Assembly (NCBI GenBank): GCA_951406725.2
Contig: OX597822.1
Coordinates: 59,024,001 to 59,088,000 of the forward strand
Direction: 5' to 3'
Origin: Octopus vulgaris
Taxonomy: Eukaryota
DNA length: 64,000 nt
Shown: positions 40,790-53,713 of the stretch, piece by piece
Layout: each line of letters opens with the position of its first letter
Position numbering within the stretch: position 1 is the stretch's first letter
Translations under genes and position numbers: made by a program
The notes under the pieces: model-generated
What the model was told of the DNA's origin: nothing
The model's input: only the letters and a program-made list of their open reading frames with translations
The model's database searches: none

Positions 40790-41198
40790 CTAGCAGCATA
40801 GCCCGGCGTTGCCCGGGTATGTAAGAGCCCCTAGTAGGCAACGACTAATCCCAATCTAGTCCTTTCCCTCTAGGGAACGAAGGCGCATGTGTAGGTTGCA
40901 ATGTTTTCTCTTCACTCGAATACTTCTGTGTATACGATGTTCCCAGCTGTCCCTTAGACAGAAAATGTGTTGCATATAAAAAGCTTAGATTCTCTACCCC
41001 ATGTCGAATTTATCGATGTTTTTCAGAACTGGGGAAACTTTTCAAAATTTTAGCTGCGTTAGTTTTGAATTATGACATTGGGCTATGTGTGTGTCAAGTT
41101 TCATCAGAATCGGTTGAAAGCCGTGGTCAGGGTGAGGGTACAACCTGACAGACACACAGACACACAGACAGACAAACTGCCGTTTATATATAGAGAGA
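40790..41198 (-). mobile_element. Non-autonomous Helitron, complete
   Basis: Minus strand A|TCTCTCTATATATAAA, (TCTG/TGTG) repeat, CCGATTCTGATGAAACTT, 3' hairpin CCCGGGCAACGCCGGG then CTAG|T. Confidence 0.9.
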
Positions 41199-41299
41199 TT
41201 TGCCTTAATTCTAGCAAATAACAATAAAATTGAATAAAAAATATATAGTTTAATCTGAAATAATGATTTTTGATTTAGGTAAAAAAGGCCAACAATTTT

Positions 41300-41460
41300 G
41301 AGGGGAGGGGTTATTAATTGAAACCATCGAATCAAGTACTTGACTGCAACTTTAACTTTCGACTCCGAAGCAATAAAGTTAACTTCGGCGGGATTTGAAC
41401 CCAGAACGTAAAGAACATTGTGCCTAGCGTTAGCAATTCTGCCAGCCCATCCACCTTCAG
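41300..41460 (-). mobile_element. SINE family B, degraded
   Basis: aagttaacttcggcgggatttgaacccagaacgt...ttctgccagc. Confidence 0.7.
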
Positions 41461-41918
41461 TTTGAGTTGATTTGCTAAAGTTATCAAACACAAAATGAAG
41501 ACTAGAAGCCGATAGTTTGAATTATTGTCTATGTAAATATTGAATAGAGGCAAAAAAAAGAAAAGAAAAGAAAAAGAAATGATATGGTAACATACAAATT
41601 CCATTTAGAAAATTAGCAAAATTCCTCAACGACTTTGAGTCAAATGTGAGTAATATCAAAAATCCAATTCCCCCTCTTCCATTTGCTACTATATAACATC
41701 GTGTAAAATAACCCTTTCTCTTGCTTGTGTCTAACACTGAATAATATTTAAAAAATTCGGATCTGTTCCATCTCAAGCACATATTTTTTTTAGCTAAACA
41801 CTTTGAAACTTAGGATACTGGTTGAATGTGTCACGTAGACCAGGGTTTACTCTTAACGTTTACTCTTAAAGGGTTTAGTTTTAAAAAATTGAGATGGAAA
41901 AGATATAAAAATTCTAAT

Positions 41919-42307
41919 AGGCGCCGGCGTGAATATGTGGTAAAATAGCTTCCCAACTACATAGTTCTGGGTTCAGTTCTACATCGTGGCACCTTGGCCA
42001 AGTGTCTTCTATTATAGCCTCGGTCCGACTAAAGTCTTGTGAGTGGATTTGGTAGTCGGAAACTGAAAGAAGTCCATTGTGCACATATATACAACGGGCT
42101 TCTTTATATGTGTGTGTCGTTGAGTGTCCCTCGCCACCACTTGACAACCGGTGTTGATGTGTTTACGTCCCTGTAACATAACGGCTCGGCAAAGAGGCAG
42201 ATATAATAAGTATCAGACTTCAAAAAAGTACTGGGATCGATTCATTCGACTAAATATTCTTCAAGGTGGTGACCCAGTATGATCGCAGTCTAATGACTAT
42301 AAAAGAT
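41919..42307 (+). mobile_element. SINE family A, full length
   Basis: Colinear with 30653-31073. Confidence 0.88.
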
Positions 42308-42359
42308 ATTTGCTTACTAATAATACTAAGTAATATAATTTGTCCTACTCTCATGAATG

Positions 42360-43100
42360 AGTCCATAAGCGGTCGCTCCAGCCATCAGAAACAGCAGTCA
42401 AATTCTTTTCAAACTCCACTCCACCGTCTAAAAAAATGGTAGAACAAATTAAATAATGTAGTTTCTGATATATAAAACAAAGGGATGGTCATAGAATGTC
42501 CTTGATCATGGGTCTGTTTAAGTAAGGTTGACATGAGTTTAAATGACAAACAAACTCACTCATTCGCTTTGTTTGATATCTAAATATAGAGTAATATCGA
42601 AATAGTAACAAGTTTGCCATGTCGTACTGAATCAGGCGTTGTTACGGATGTGAAGGAGACGTTCCTAGAAGTGGTCACCCAAGCGGAATTCCGTTTCACT
42701 TTTATTCAACGCAGTGCGGAACTTTCAGGGAACGTAGTAGTAGTTGTTGATGTTGTAGTTTCGTCCCAGGTCAAAACCGATTGAACAGGTCTATGATCGC
42801 AGTTGTTCTGTCTGTGAACATCTCGATTTTACCATAAGTATAGGAGACCCGTGGTTAGAGCAGCGGACTCGCGGTCGAGGGATCGCGGGTTCAAATCTCA
42901 GACCGGGCAATGGGGGAATCTGTACGCCAAGGAAACCGGGAAACCGACCCTATGAGCAGAAGGAAAAAACAACAACAACAACATAGGAAACCCATGTACT
43001 CATTATTCAACGTCTCCTTTTCTAAACGTACTTTCAGGGAATTTGGCCGCGATTTCTAGCAGATGGAGCCATTTCATTGAGTCTTTCTTGTTGGTCCTTC
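42360..43100. mobile_element. Old repeat family F, two inverted copies (+ 42360-42550, - 42750-43100); further copies near 11550-11820, 29620-29880, 47730-48300 and 57630-58020
   Basis: Recurring agaaa.agcag..aaat.t...gggatggtc...ctgacct.ggg.taaacaacaac. Confidence 0.5.
42843..42958 (+). mobile_element. SINE family E, internally deleted
   Basis: gtggttagagcagcggactcgcggtc...ggttcaaatctcagaccgggc matches the head of 57410-57623. Confidence 0.7.
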
Positions 43101-43249
43101 AAACAGTATAAGTAAATGGGGGTTAGTGGATTTGATAATTTAGGGTTGGTTATGAGTGAGAAGGAAAGTATACAATAGCTTCAGTAGAGATACTTAATGT
43201 TCTGAGGTATATGTGATTGAATAGGAGAGAATTTCCGAATAAAAGATTG

Positions 43250-43760
43250 GGTGAAACGAGAAGAGCGAGGAGTTCGTCTAAGTTCAATTTTGTTTCAGTC
43301 AGATCTTCAAAAGTGATATTTGCAGATATATAGTGCAGTGTAAATGGTGAGCTGTTGTGAATTTAGTCCCTTGTTGGACATGTGCAACAGGAGTGTTGCA
43401 GGTCTGTTGACAACTCAAGGGAGAGAAACGAGTCTTTATTATATAATTTGGATGGTATTGAAGAAATTGTGAGAAGTAGAGGTTCGTTACTGATTTACAA
43501 TTTGAGGGATGAGGGTGATAATAATTGAAGGAGGAGTGCACTTATGTAGATTAGTAGTGCTCAGATTTGTAAATGGTGTATGTTATTGATTGCAACTGAG
43601 ATGTGGAAATCAACAGTAGGGGGCTAATAGAGGGGGTTCTTCATACTGGACGTGAATTCTAAAGCAAAGTAGGAATTATTGATGAACAAGATAAAGAAGG
43701 TGGATTATTCGCTGGTGAACGAGGTGTCATCGATCTAACCATTGATGGAGTGGTCGTATA
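43250..43760 (-). pseudogene. Penelope-like element reverse transcriptase remnant
   Basis: Minus strand in order: W..IDDT (YxDD-like), FINNSYFALEFT, SFNYYHP...CKS...FSQFLQ (like SxHPxxxKxSIPYSQFLR); many lesions. Confidence 0.5.
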
Positions 43761-43892
43761 GCTGAGGATGGATGATTAGATCTCAATGTGATCTACGACG
43801 AAATTAGTGTAATGGGAGTCCATCTTTATTCTTATGATTAAGTCACTTATCTACTCTGTTGGTAAAATTCATCACATCTATCCACCTACCCA

Positions 43893-43961
<69 letters not shown>

Positions 43962-44003
43962 GTATGTATGTATGTATGTATGTATGTACCTTTTATTATC
44001 GTT

Positions 44004-44231
44004 TATCTTTTAATTATTTCAGTCATTAGACTGAGGCCATGCTGGAGCATCACCTTGAATTTTTAGTCGAATGAATCGACCCTAGTACTTATTTTTAAAG
44101 CCTGGTACTTATTTTATCGGTCTCTTATGCCGAACTGCTAAGTTACAGGGATGTAAACACACCAACACCGGCTGTCAAGTGGTGATGGGCGGACAAACGC
44201 AGACACACACACAGATACACACACACATGCA

Positions 44232-44265
<34 letters not shown>

Positions 44266-44450
44266 CATACATACATACATACATATATATACGACGGGCT
44301 TCTTTCAGTTTCCGTCTACCACATCCACTCACAAAGCCTTGGTCGGCTCGAGGCTATAGTAGAAGACACTTGCCCAAGACGCCACGCAGTGGGATTGAAC
44401 CCGGAACCTTGTGGTTAGGAAGCAAGCTTCCTACCACACAACCACGCCTA
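44004..44450 (-). mobile_element. SINE family A, full length
   Basis: Colinear reverse complement of 30653-31073. Confidence 0.9.
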
Positions 44451-44482
44451 TGTATATGATACATACATACATACATATACAT

Positions 44483-44523
<41 letters not shown>

Positions 44524-45104
44524 ATTGCGTACGTATATATGTATGTATATAATACTGTTTTTATATGCGTATACACGTGTATATATTATATCGTCTTGCA
44601 TTATTTTATACGCTTTTTGTCGTAGGACATGATTTTAAATAATTTCCCTTCGAGAATACGGAGAAAATAACAATAACAAAACAAAATAAAAATAAAATGA
44701 AAGGGTCCTATCATCAACATAAACAGTAGCAACACGACCACCCATATGAAGTATATCATGACCTCTTACCGCAACGCCTGTAATAAAACAAAGAGCTATA
44801 GTTTTGATGACTTACTCCCAGTTTTATATCCATATATACACTACATGACGTCAACATTAATCTCTCCATATGTCCCTTAAAATATGTAGTACAATTTCAT
44901 AAGGTGCGTGGCGGTGGTGATGGCATAGTTGTACTTTAGCTGCATTACTGGAGGAGACCTATGATTAAGACAATTCAGCCATAACCATCCCGTCTTTTTA
45001 TATAGCTTGAACTATACTGCTCATTATGCAGGAGAATTGATATTTCTACCATGTAGAGGCTCTCTGAAAGGTAGTCTGAAGGTTATATCCAACACGAGAG
45101 TAGG

Positions 45105-45337
45105 CCTTACGGTCCGTCGGTCCAGAAGTTATCTCGTTTCTTTTTCAGACAGGTCCACAATCTATCTCCAGCTTGCCAGCCCTGTCGTGACTTCACCATT
45201 TTTGCTGATTGAATTGACTAGAGCAGGTGAAATTAAGTTTTACTCAAGAACGCAACACATCGCCCAGTCTAGGAATCGAAACCACAATCTTACGATCAAG
45301 AGTTCAACACCCTAACTTCTAAGACGCGCGCTTCCAC
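45105..45337 (-). mobile_element. SINE family D
   Basis: Minus strand head gtggaagcgcg...ggtttcgattcc, then ttcttgagtaaaac...atttcacctgctctagtc. Confidence 0.65.
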
Positions 45338-45399
45338 AGTCTCGAGGTCGTAAGAAGAATTTGACGAACATCGAATGAAATGCATTTTCAGAATTTAGT

Positions 45400-47700
45400 T
45401 ATATCCCTTTACGTTCTGAGTTCAATTCTCCCTGAGAGTGGCTTTTTCATTTATTTTCAAGGGGATCGGTAAAATAAGTACCAATAATAACATTGTAGGT
45501 AAACTTCAAATAGGCTGTATCTTTGACTAAAAACATTGTAACCTTGAACCGATGTTAGAAGGGCAGCCTGGAGAGAAAAAACTCGACCTCGGCGGAATTT
45601 GAACTCAGAACGTAAAGCCAGACGAAATACCGCTATCTATGCATATGTATGTATGTACCTTTTTTTGAAGTAGATGCTGCCTGGCTTGTGACAGCCATAA
45701 TAATGAACCAGGAGGAAGAAATCTCCATTCTCCAGGCCTCAGTGGTGGAAGAGGTGAATTGGAAGGGACAATGCCTAGACATGTTGATTCAGGCAAAAGT
45801 CCCCACGCTGGAAGAAATTTCAGAATATGGACTGTTAAGTATAAAGGAGGGCAGTGCAGCTAAGTAAGGATTTCCAATTTTTGTATGATACATGCAATCC
45901 TAGGGTGGGGGGAGCAAGTCGATTACATCGATCCCAGTGCTCAACTGATACTTATTTTATCGATCCCGAAAGATGAAAGGTGAAGTCGACTTTGGCAGAA
46001 TTTGAAGAAATACCGTTAAGCATTTCACCCACCAGTTCTGCTTGCCACTTTTGTGCAACAAAATAATCCTTTCTACTATAGGCACAAGACCTAGAATACT
46101 CAACTGGTACTTATTTTATCGACCCCACCGAAAGGATAAAAGGCAAAGTTAACCTCGCGGTATTTGAACTCTGAACGAAAAGAGCCAGAAGAAATGTTGT
46201 TAAACGTTTCACCCACCACAGTAACAGTTCTGCAACGCAATAATATGATCGTTTAGTAATAAGATAGATCATTTCATCATCCAGGCTTTATCTTGAGAAT
46301 TTGGGGTGGCTCGATCTGTCAAAAATAGTAACTAAATCTTCCTCAAATCATATCCTAGTGTCATTGTCTTAAAAAAAAGAAAGACGCATTAGATAATGTA
46401 AACCTAGGGCGGCGATCTGGCAGAATCGTTAGCACGCTGGGCGAAATGTTTAGCGGTATTTCGTCTGTCTTTACGTTCTGAGTTCAAATTTCGCCCAGGT
46501 CGACTTTGCCTTTCATCCTTTCGGGGTCGATCTAATCGACTGCCCCCTCCCCCAAAATTTCGGGACTTGTGCCTAGAGTAGAAAAGATAATGTAACCCTA
46601 GATATACAAAAGACCGTTTTTTAACAAATCATTTTATCAGAAGTGAAAGTAATGCATGCTGCACTTTACACAAGGTGTCTGAGACTAATGGAAGAGAAGG
46701 AGTAGACCGGAAATGACTCAAATATTTGCAAAAGAGAGGACTCTTCTAAAGGCATCCAAGGAGTCAGGTAGTGGTGTGAAACCGAATGACATATTAAGTC
46801 GATTATCCAAGTAGACCATGGTAGGATTTGAACTCAGAACTCAAAAGAGCCAGAATAAATACCGTAAGTCATCCGAAACGATGTTCTTACAGTTCCACGA
46901 GTTCACCGACCTGGATCAGTACTTTATGTTTATCGACTCTAAAAAGACGAAAAGCAATGTTGAGCTTGGCAGGATTTGAACTCAGAGCGAAGAGTCAGAA
47001 CAAAGGCAGCTTTAACGCCTGTGCCAGCTCTCTACGAAAAACGTCTATTCAATCATGGCTCACTTACGCCTCGACAACAAAAACAACAGCTGAACAGTGA
47101 CACAGTTACTAAAAATGGTAAACATGGTTGCTTTTAAATGAATGTATACTCTACAGATGGTTTGGTTGGATCTGTGAGGCTATAGTAAAGATATTAATTA
47201 AACTACTCTAGTTAAACAAATTAAGTTAATTAAACAGGAATGCTGTAATTATATTTTGAATAATTTCCGAAGTAAATAACCATCGGCTGTTGCTATTGCT
47301 GTTGTTGTTGCTGCTGCTTCTGTTGCTATAGTAGTAGTTGTTGTTGTTGTTCTTCTAGTCAGACACAATGTCTTCCAAAGTCAATGATATCCGATATAGT
47401 TGTTTATGGCAGAAGTGTCATCGTAGTAAGGGTTTCCATTCTGATCCATTTTTAAAATGGAAGCAGCACCAATAAGATTCTTTTGGGATTCTCAGTAGAA
47501 ACCTGGGCTATATTAGAACATCAGTCGATTACATCGATACCAAGTACTCGTCTGGTTGTGTATTTTTTTTATTAGTCCCGTAAGGACGAAAGACAGAGCT
47601 GGCCTCGTCAGGTCGTTCTGAATCCAGAATGTAAAAGGACGAAACTAAAAGCCACAATGCAAATTTGGTCGATACTCTTGAAAATTCTGCCATTTCACCG
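45400..47700. mobile_element. Cluster of SINE family B copies and fragments (45400-45490 +, 45580-45635 -, 45910-46050 -, 46070-46230 -, 46408-46585 +, 46820-47010 -, 47520-47700 -)
   Basis: Repeated core and B-box (gttctgagttcaaatt or its reverse complement). Confidence 0.75.
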
Positions 47701-48654
47701 TTTGGTTAATCAGAAGTTTAGTCGAACCAATGAGAGAATCGTTATATGGTAGCTCAACCTACAAGAAATAACAGCTAAATCTCCCTTAGAGTACTCTGTC
47801 ATCAGTAGATAACGTGGTTCTGGATTGGCTTTGACTAGAGTATCTTCTATCATAGATCTACTCGATCAGGGCTGACCTAGGGCACAACATCCACAGCAGT
47901 AGCAGCAACAACAATAACAACATGGATTTTGTCATACGGGTGGCACTAACAATAACTATCTTCAAGGTGTGATTGCTGTGATATGATAACAAATACATCT
48001 CTGGCGGTCGAAACATTCTGACCCTGGCCGTATTAAGGATCAGATTCTGAAATATCAACGAGCTGTCTTGTAACACAACACTATACAATATAAACATCCG
48101 GGGCCAATGACAGAGCCTAGGCACGGTCACTCGGGCAGCTAGAAATAGAAACCAGTTCTCCCCCAACTCACAATCTACAGTCTTGAAAGAGGAAGGATAC
48201 TTTGGAGTTCTAGGTATACAAAAAGACGAAATAGCCAAGGTTGGAATTCCTGTTATCGTAGACTTAATCTAAAAAGCTGACTTTGGCTTAAACAACAACA
48301 CAAACGACCAGACTTTGATGTCATAATGTTTATCCTGGTGACACAAAGAACAATATCTCGATGGTTTTAATAATCAAATCTTGGTGGCATAAATAACCAA
48401 AATTTTGAATCATTATTAAGTAACCAAATTTAGCATGGGATTCCAGAAACCAAACACAGGTGACACAATCAAATTAACCCCAGTTAATCCAAAACGATAA
48501 CATTACCACTGAGGCAGAGGACACAACAACACATGTATTATGAAAAGCCATAAAACTTATTCTATGACAAGAAAATCATTGATGAACAAATATCAAGAGT
48601 TACTTTAATATAAGTTGAGTTTGAAAAATTTCCTGGTTGTTCACCTATCGTTTT

Positions 48655-48924
48655 TCACTTAGTGACTCTTAATAACGACTTCTGTAAGAGATGTCTATAA
48701 CAGAAGTCGTTTAAAATACATGCAGTGATCTGAAGGAACCATCTTAAGGTCCAGTTCGTGTTGCGGTATAGAAATTTCTGTATCTCATTGATCTTGAGTG
48801 CTATGCCAGCGGAGCGCAAGCTTCTGGTAGGACCTCCCGTGCTGGACAGTCTGAAAGATAGAGACGAAGCTAATATAGATCCCCCCTTCCCAGACGTAAA
48901 ATTGCTTAGGGCCAACGCTCCCGC
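48655..48924 (-). CDS. Candidate terminal exon, product unrecognised
   Basis: Acceptor ctttctttttttttctag| on the minus strand; non-repetitive, GC above background; phase-0 frame is open for 89 codons to TGA. Confidence 0.25.
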   Translation of the reverse strand, partial: AGALALSNFTSGKGGSILASSLSFRLSSTGGPTRSLRSAGIALKINEIQKFLYRNTNWTLRWFLQITACILNDFCYRHLLQKSLLRVTK

Positions 48925-49399
48925 CTAGAAAAAAAAAGAAAGTTACAGAAGCATCGATGACGATTCAAAACCAAGAAGACCTTGTACAGGGAAGAAGCAG
49001 AAAAGACTTTCTAGAGTCGAGAACAGTGGAGAAAAGTCATCGATGGCCTATGATCCGTAGAGAGCGAAGAGCTTAGGAAGAATTGGCGGATTTCTGAAAA
49101 AATTCTCAAAGAACCAAAAAGACTTAACCGACCATTTTTTTTGTAGTTAGGGAGAGAAGGCTAGCAACCATGACCTTTTGTTTTTTCAGGGTTTCGGAGT
49201 CTGGTGGAAGGGAGAGAGGAAGTTTTCCCAAACGAGAAAACTGTCCGAATGTTTGCAACAGACTAAACACCACTAAAAGCACTCAAAGACCTGATGGTAC
49301 ATTAAACCTAGCGACGGATTAAGACTATCGGCCGATAACTCAAATTATAAAAAGCCGGAATAAATACCATCAAGCATCTTGTACGACGCTCTGACAATT

Positions 49400-49560
49400 C
49401 TATCAATCCACCACAACCCAAGTCTTCTGCTTTATTTTGTCGGCCCTGAAGCAATGAAAAGTAAGCTGACTCGTGCAAAATTTGAAACAAGAGCTCTGAG
49501 AGCCGGAACAAATTCCGCAAAGCATTTAATCCCACATTGTAACAACTCTGCAAATTCGCT
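49400..49560 (-). mobile_element. SINE family B, degraded
   Basis: aatgaaaagtaagctgactc...aatttgaa...actctgcaaattcgc. Confidence 0.5.
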
Positions 49561-50079
49561 ATCAAATGTAGCTTTAGTTCTTTAGTTTGTTTTACCCATC
49601 ATAATAAAGACCATGTTGGTACACTGCTTTCATTATGGTTAAAGTACTATTGCAAGGACTCAATCTTTGACAATCTAAATGTGTTAACAACAAAGAAATT
49701 TAAGGGCAGAGTTTAAAAATCACTTGAAATACTGAATTGGATTCTGACTACATAATCAAAGTGGCCTCAATGACACCATTCTAATGATACTTTGGCGACG
49801 TTAATCCATCTTGCTTCAACCACACCCATCAATTACGCAAAATAACCATTAACCATTCCTAGTTAATGCGGCTTTTCTTTCAAACTGAAATACCAGAACG
49901 TCATACAAGAAAACTGTTTACGAGAAGCAAGTAATTGGTTTACCAGTCACACCACCATCGGCTCACCCGCGCCCCCCCCATATTTGCTTACCAACAAAGA
50001 CAAAAAACAAAACAAAACAAAAAAAAAGAAAAATCCACCATCTACACGAATACCTCCCACCTGTCGCATAATCAATAAC

Positions 50080-51117
50080 CCCACCACCACCACCACCACC
50101 ATCATCACCATCAGTACTACCATAATCACCACCACGATCACCACCACCACCACCACCACTACCATTATTACTTTGCTGTTACTATAACTATACAAATATT
50201 GGTTTGCTTAGCGCTACTACTCCAACTCCCTCTCTACCTCACCCTTCTTCTTCTTCTTCTTCTTCTTCTTCTTCTTCTTCTTCTTCTTCTTCTTCTTCTT
50301 CTTCTTCTTCTTCTCAATCATTGCAACCTCATTGCAACCTGGAAACACAAAACGACAATATCACAATTTAACAATTACCACAACCATTAATCACTACTGC
50401 CGACGCCGCTTTTACCTTTATTTAAATGCCAACAAAACCACTGGTACCATTACTCCACCAATAACTCTACCTCCAATCATTGCCCCAACCAGCTACACCA
50501 CCACCACCACCACCACCACCGCCGCCACTAACAACATCAGCACCATCAACACCAGCACCCACTCCCTTCTCCCCCCTTTTCCCCGCCACCACCAACAAAA
50601 TGAACATCACCATTATCATCGCAACATAACCGCCGCCACCACCACCACCACCACCTGCACCACCACCACCTGCACCACCACCACCTGCACCACCACCACC
50701 ACCACCACCACCACCACCACCACCACCACCACCACCACCACCACCACCACCACCACCTGCACCATCACCACCTGCACCACCACCACCACCTGCACCATCA
50801 CCACCTGCACCACCACCACCACCACCACCACCACCACCACCACCTGCACCATCACCACCTGCACCACCACCACCACCACCACCACCACCACCACCACCAC
50901 CTGCACCATCACCACCTGCACCATCACCACCTGCACCACCACCACCACCACCACCACCACCACCACCACCACCACCACCACCACCACCACCAGCACCATC
51001 ACCACCTGCACCACCACCACCACCACCACCACACCACCACCACCAACACCACCAACACCACCACCACCACCATACCACCACCACCACCACCTACCACCAC
51101 CACCACCACCACCACCA
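50080..51117. repeat. (CAC)n-based low-complexity region with a (TTC)n tract and a CTG/ATC-interrupted CAC array (50630-51117)
   Basis: Direct reading. Confidence 0.9.
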
Positions 51118-51248
51118 TTAAGACTAGTAGTAGCAAATCTTTGGCGAGGTTTATTTCCAAAGAGCAGTAACGCAAAACTAGAAAAGATATTAGAATATTT
51201 TTATATTACTAAAATATATGAAGGGGTAGAAAAAAAAAACATACATAA

Positions 51249-51284
<36 letters not shown>

Positions 51285-51679
51285 CTATTGCTGTTGTATG
51301 CGCTGATGGTAAGATCGCAAACCGAAAGAAAGAATAAAAGTAAGAAGGAAGAAAGAAATAAGAAATGTAGAATAGTAAAAAAAAAATTAGAAGAGAAAGA
51401 AGCAACGAAGGAGAGGAAAATGAAAACCAAGTTCTTGAAAAAAAAAAAAAAGATAAGATAAATTGAAATTACCTGCCTATGACGGTCTCCACCTAGAGTG
51501 AGAATTACGTCAGAGTGTAAGGTTTTTGCTGAGAGAAGAAGGAATTTGAAAATTATTTCACACACACACACACACATGCACACACCCGCGCTTCTGTGCG
51601 TTTATATCTGTATGTATTTTTTTATTTGTCCGTGTTTATGGTGTAAAGGCGGATAGATTTCATATATATATATATATAT

Positions 51680-52080
51680 ACTCTTTTACTCTTTTACTTG
51701 TTTCAGTCATTTGACTGCGGCCATGCTGGAGCACCGCCTTTAGTCGATCAAACCGACCCCGGGACTTATTCTTTTGTAAGCCCAGTACTTAGTCTATCGG
51801 TCTCTTTTGCCGAATCGCTAAGTTACGGGGACGTAAACACACCAGCATCGGTTGTCGAGCAATGCTAGGGGGACAAACACAGACACCCCCCCACATATAT
51901 ATATATACATATATACGACGGGCTTCTTTCAGTTTCCGTCTACCAAATCCACTCACAAGGCATTGGTCGGCCCGGGGCTATAGCAGAAGACACTTGCCCA
52001 AGATGCCACGCAGTGGGACTGAACCCGGAACCATGTGGCTGGTTAGCAAGCTACTTACCACACAGCCACTCCTGCGCCTA
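51680..52080 (-). mobile_element. SINE family A, full length, little diverged
   Basis: Tail actcttttactcttttacttgtttcagtc through head cacagccactcctgcgcc. Confidence 0.92.
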
Positions 52081-52111
52081 TATATATATTATTTATATTA
52101 TACATACATAT

Positions 52112-52469
52112 ATATAAATAATATATATGTATATGCATATATACATATATGTACATACCTACATATATATGTATATATACATGCATATATGGGTACAGGA
52201 CATAAAAAAAGCGTGAGCAAAAAGAGAAACTAGACAGTTCGTTTCATCAGTTGTCCCTTGTTATATCTACTTCGCGTTTCGAGAGTAGATAAAACAGAGG
52301 ACAACTGATGAAGGGAATGTTCTTTATGTTGCCTGTCTCGTTTCTCTTTTTGTTTACGTTTTTTGATGTCCTGTACCCATATATACATGTATATATATAT
52401 ACACATATATATAAGTAGGTATGTGCGTATATGTATGTATATATGCATATACTTATATATTATTTATAT
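52112..52469. repeat. ~360-bp imperfect palindrome (inverted duplication of a dispersed repeat)
   Basis: Arms pair around 52272-52283; CTGATGA at 52305-52311 (+) and 52244-52250 (-). Confidence 0.85.
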
Positions 52470-52511
52470 TTTTATATGATCGAACACCACGCATACTTTT
52501 CCAAGTAAGTT

Positions 52512-52591
<80 letters not shown>

Positions 52592-52729
52592 ATATCTATC
52601 TATATATATGTGTGTGTATATATATGTGAGTGTGTGTGTATGTATGTGAGTGTGTGTGTATGTCTATATATATATATATATATATAAGCGTCACCAATCC
52701 ATTAATCTAGTGTTAACAAGGGTTACATA

Positions 52730-52855
52730 GACCACAGTATTCTACTAGTGCTTATTTTATTGACCCGAAAGGATTAACAGCAAGGTCGACCTCGGCGGAA
52801 TTTGAAATCAGAACGTAGCAGCAGACGAAACACAGTTACGCATTTTCAGTCGCCG
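52730..52855 (-). mobile_element. SINE family B fragment
   Basis: gacccgaaaggat...ggtcgacctcggcggaatttgaa. Confidence 0.75.
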
Positions 52856-52955
52856 CATTTATGTAATTCGATCGTTGGAAAATGAAAGTGAAATAATAAT
52901 GCATTTGTTAAAGAGACGAAAATCAGAACAATATCTTACGTAAATATAAGAGATA

Positions 52956-53411
52956 TAGGCACAGGAGTGGGTGTGTGGTAAGTAGCTTGCTTACTAACCA
53001 TATGGTTCCGAGTTCAGTCCCACTGCGTGGCACCTTGGGCAAGTGTCTTCTACTATAACCTCGAGTCGACCAAAGCCTTGTGAGTGGATTTGGTATACGG
53101 AAACTGAAAGAAGCCCGGCGTATATAAGTATATATATATATATAACGGGAAGGTTTACGAAAATAAACAAAATACGAAGGCAGGTGGAGTACAAACAAAC
53201 AAATGTATTAGTATGGCGCTCAGGAATAGACATAGAAGAAGTCTTTTACGTTTCGAGCCTACCCTCTTCCACAGAAAGATACACAGAAAAAAAAAACAAG
53301 GAGAGAAAACAAGGAGAGAAAAAAAAATGCGTGTAGGAGCTAACGATCTATCATGGCGTTTTGACTTCGGGCAGAGATCAGAGGTCAGACGCTAGAGGGA
53401 CAGTAGAGGAG

Positions 53412-53471
<60 letters not shown>

Positions 53472-53713
53472 GTATGTATGTATGTATGTGCGTGCATATG
53501 TTTGTGTGTCTGTGTTTGTCCCCTCCCAACATCGCTTGACAACCGATGCTGGTGTATTTACGTCTCCGTAACTTAGCGGTTCGGCGAAAGAGACCGATAG
53601 AATAAGTACTAGGCTTACAAAGAATAAGTCCTGGGGTCGATTTGCTCGACTAAAAGGCGGTGCTCCAGTATGGCCACAGTCAAATGACTGCAACAAGTAA
53701 AAGAGTAAAAGAG
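52956..53713 (+). mobile_element. SINE family A split in its central microsatellite by an H1 element
   Basis: Head half 52956-53125, tail half 53495-53713. Confidence 0.88.
53144..53358 (-). mobile_element. Family H1 element with hammerhead-like motif at 53242-53279
   Basis: Minus strand tcttt-CTGTGGA-A-GAGG-gtag-GCTC-GAAA-CG-TA-aaaga. Confidence 0.8.

Noticed and set aside
41095-41110. CTGATGA on the minus strand as a hammerhead core
   Set aside because: No helix II; it is part of the Helitron CCGATT...AAACTT segment
50332-51306. 324-aa Thr/Pro-rich ORF (mucin- or formin-like) and antisense Gly/Val ORFs
   Set aside because: Almost entirely (CAC)n with several frames open on both strands, no domain and no codon variation
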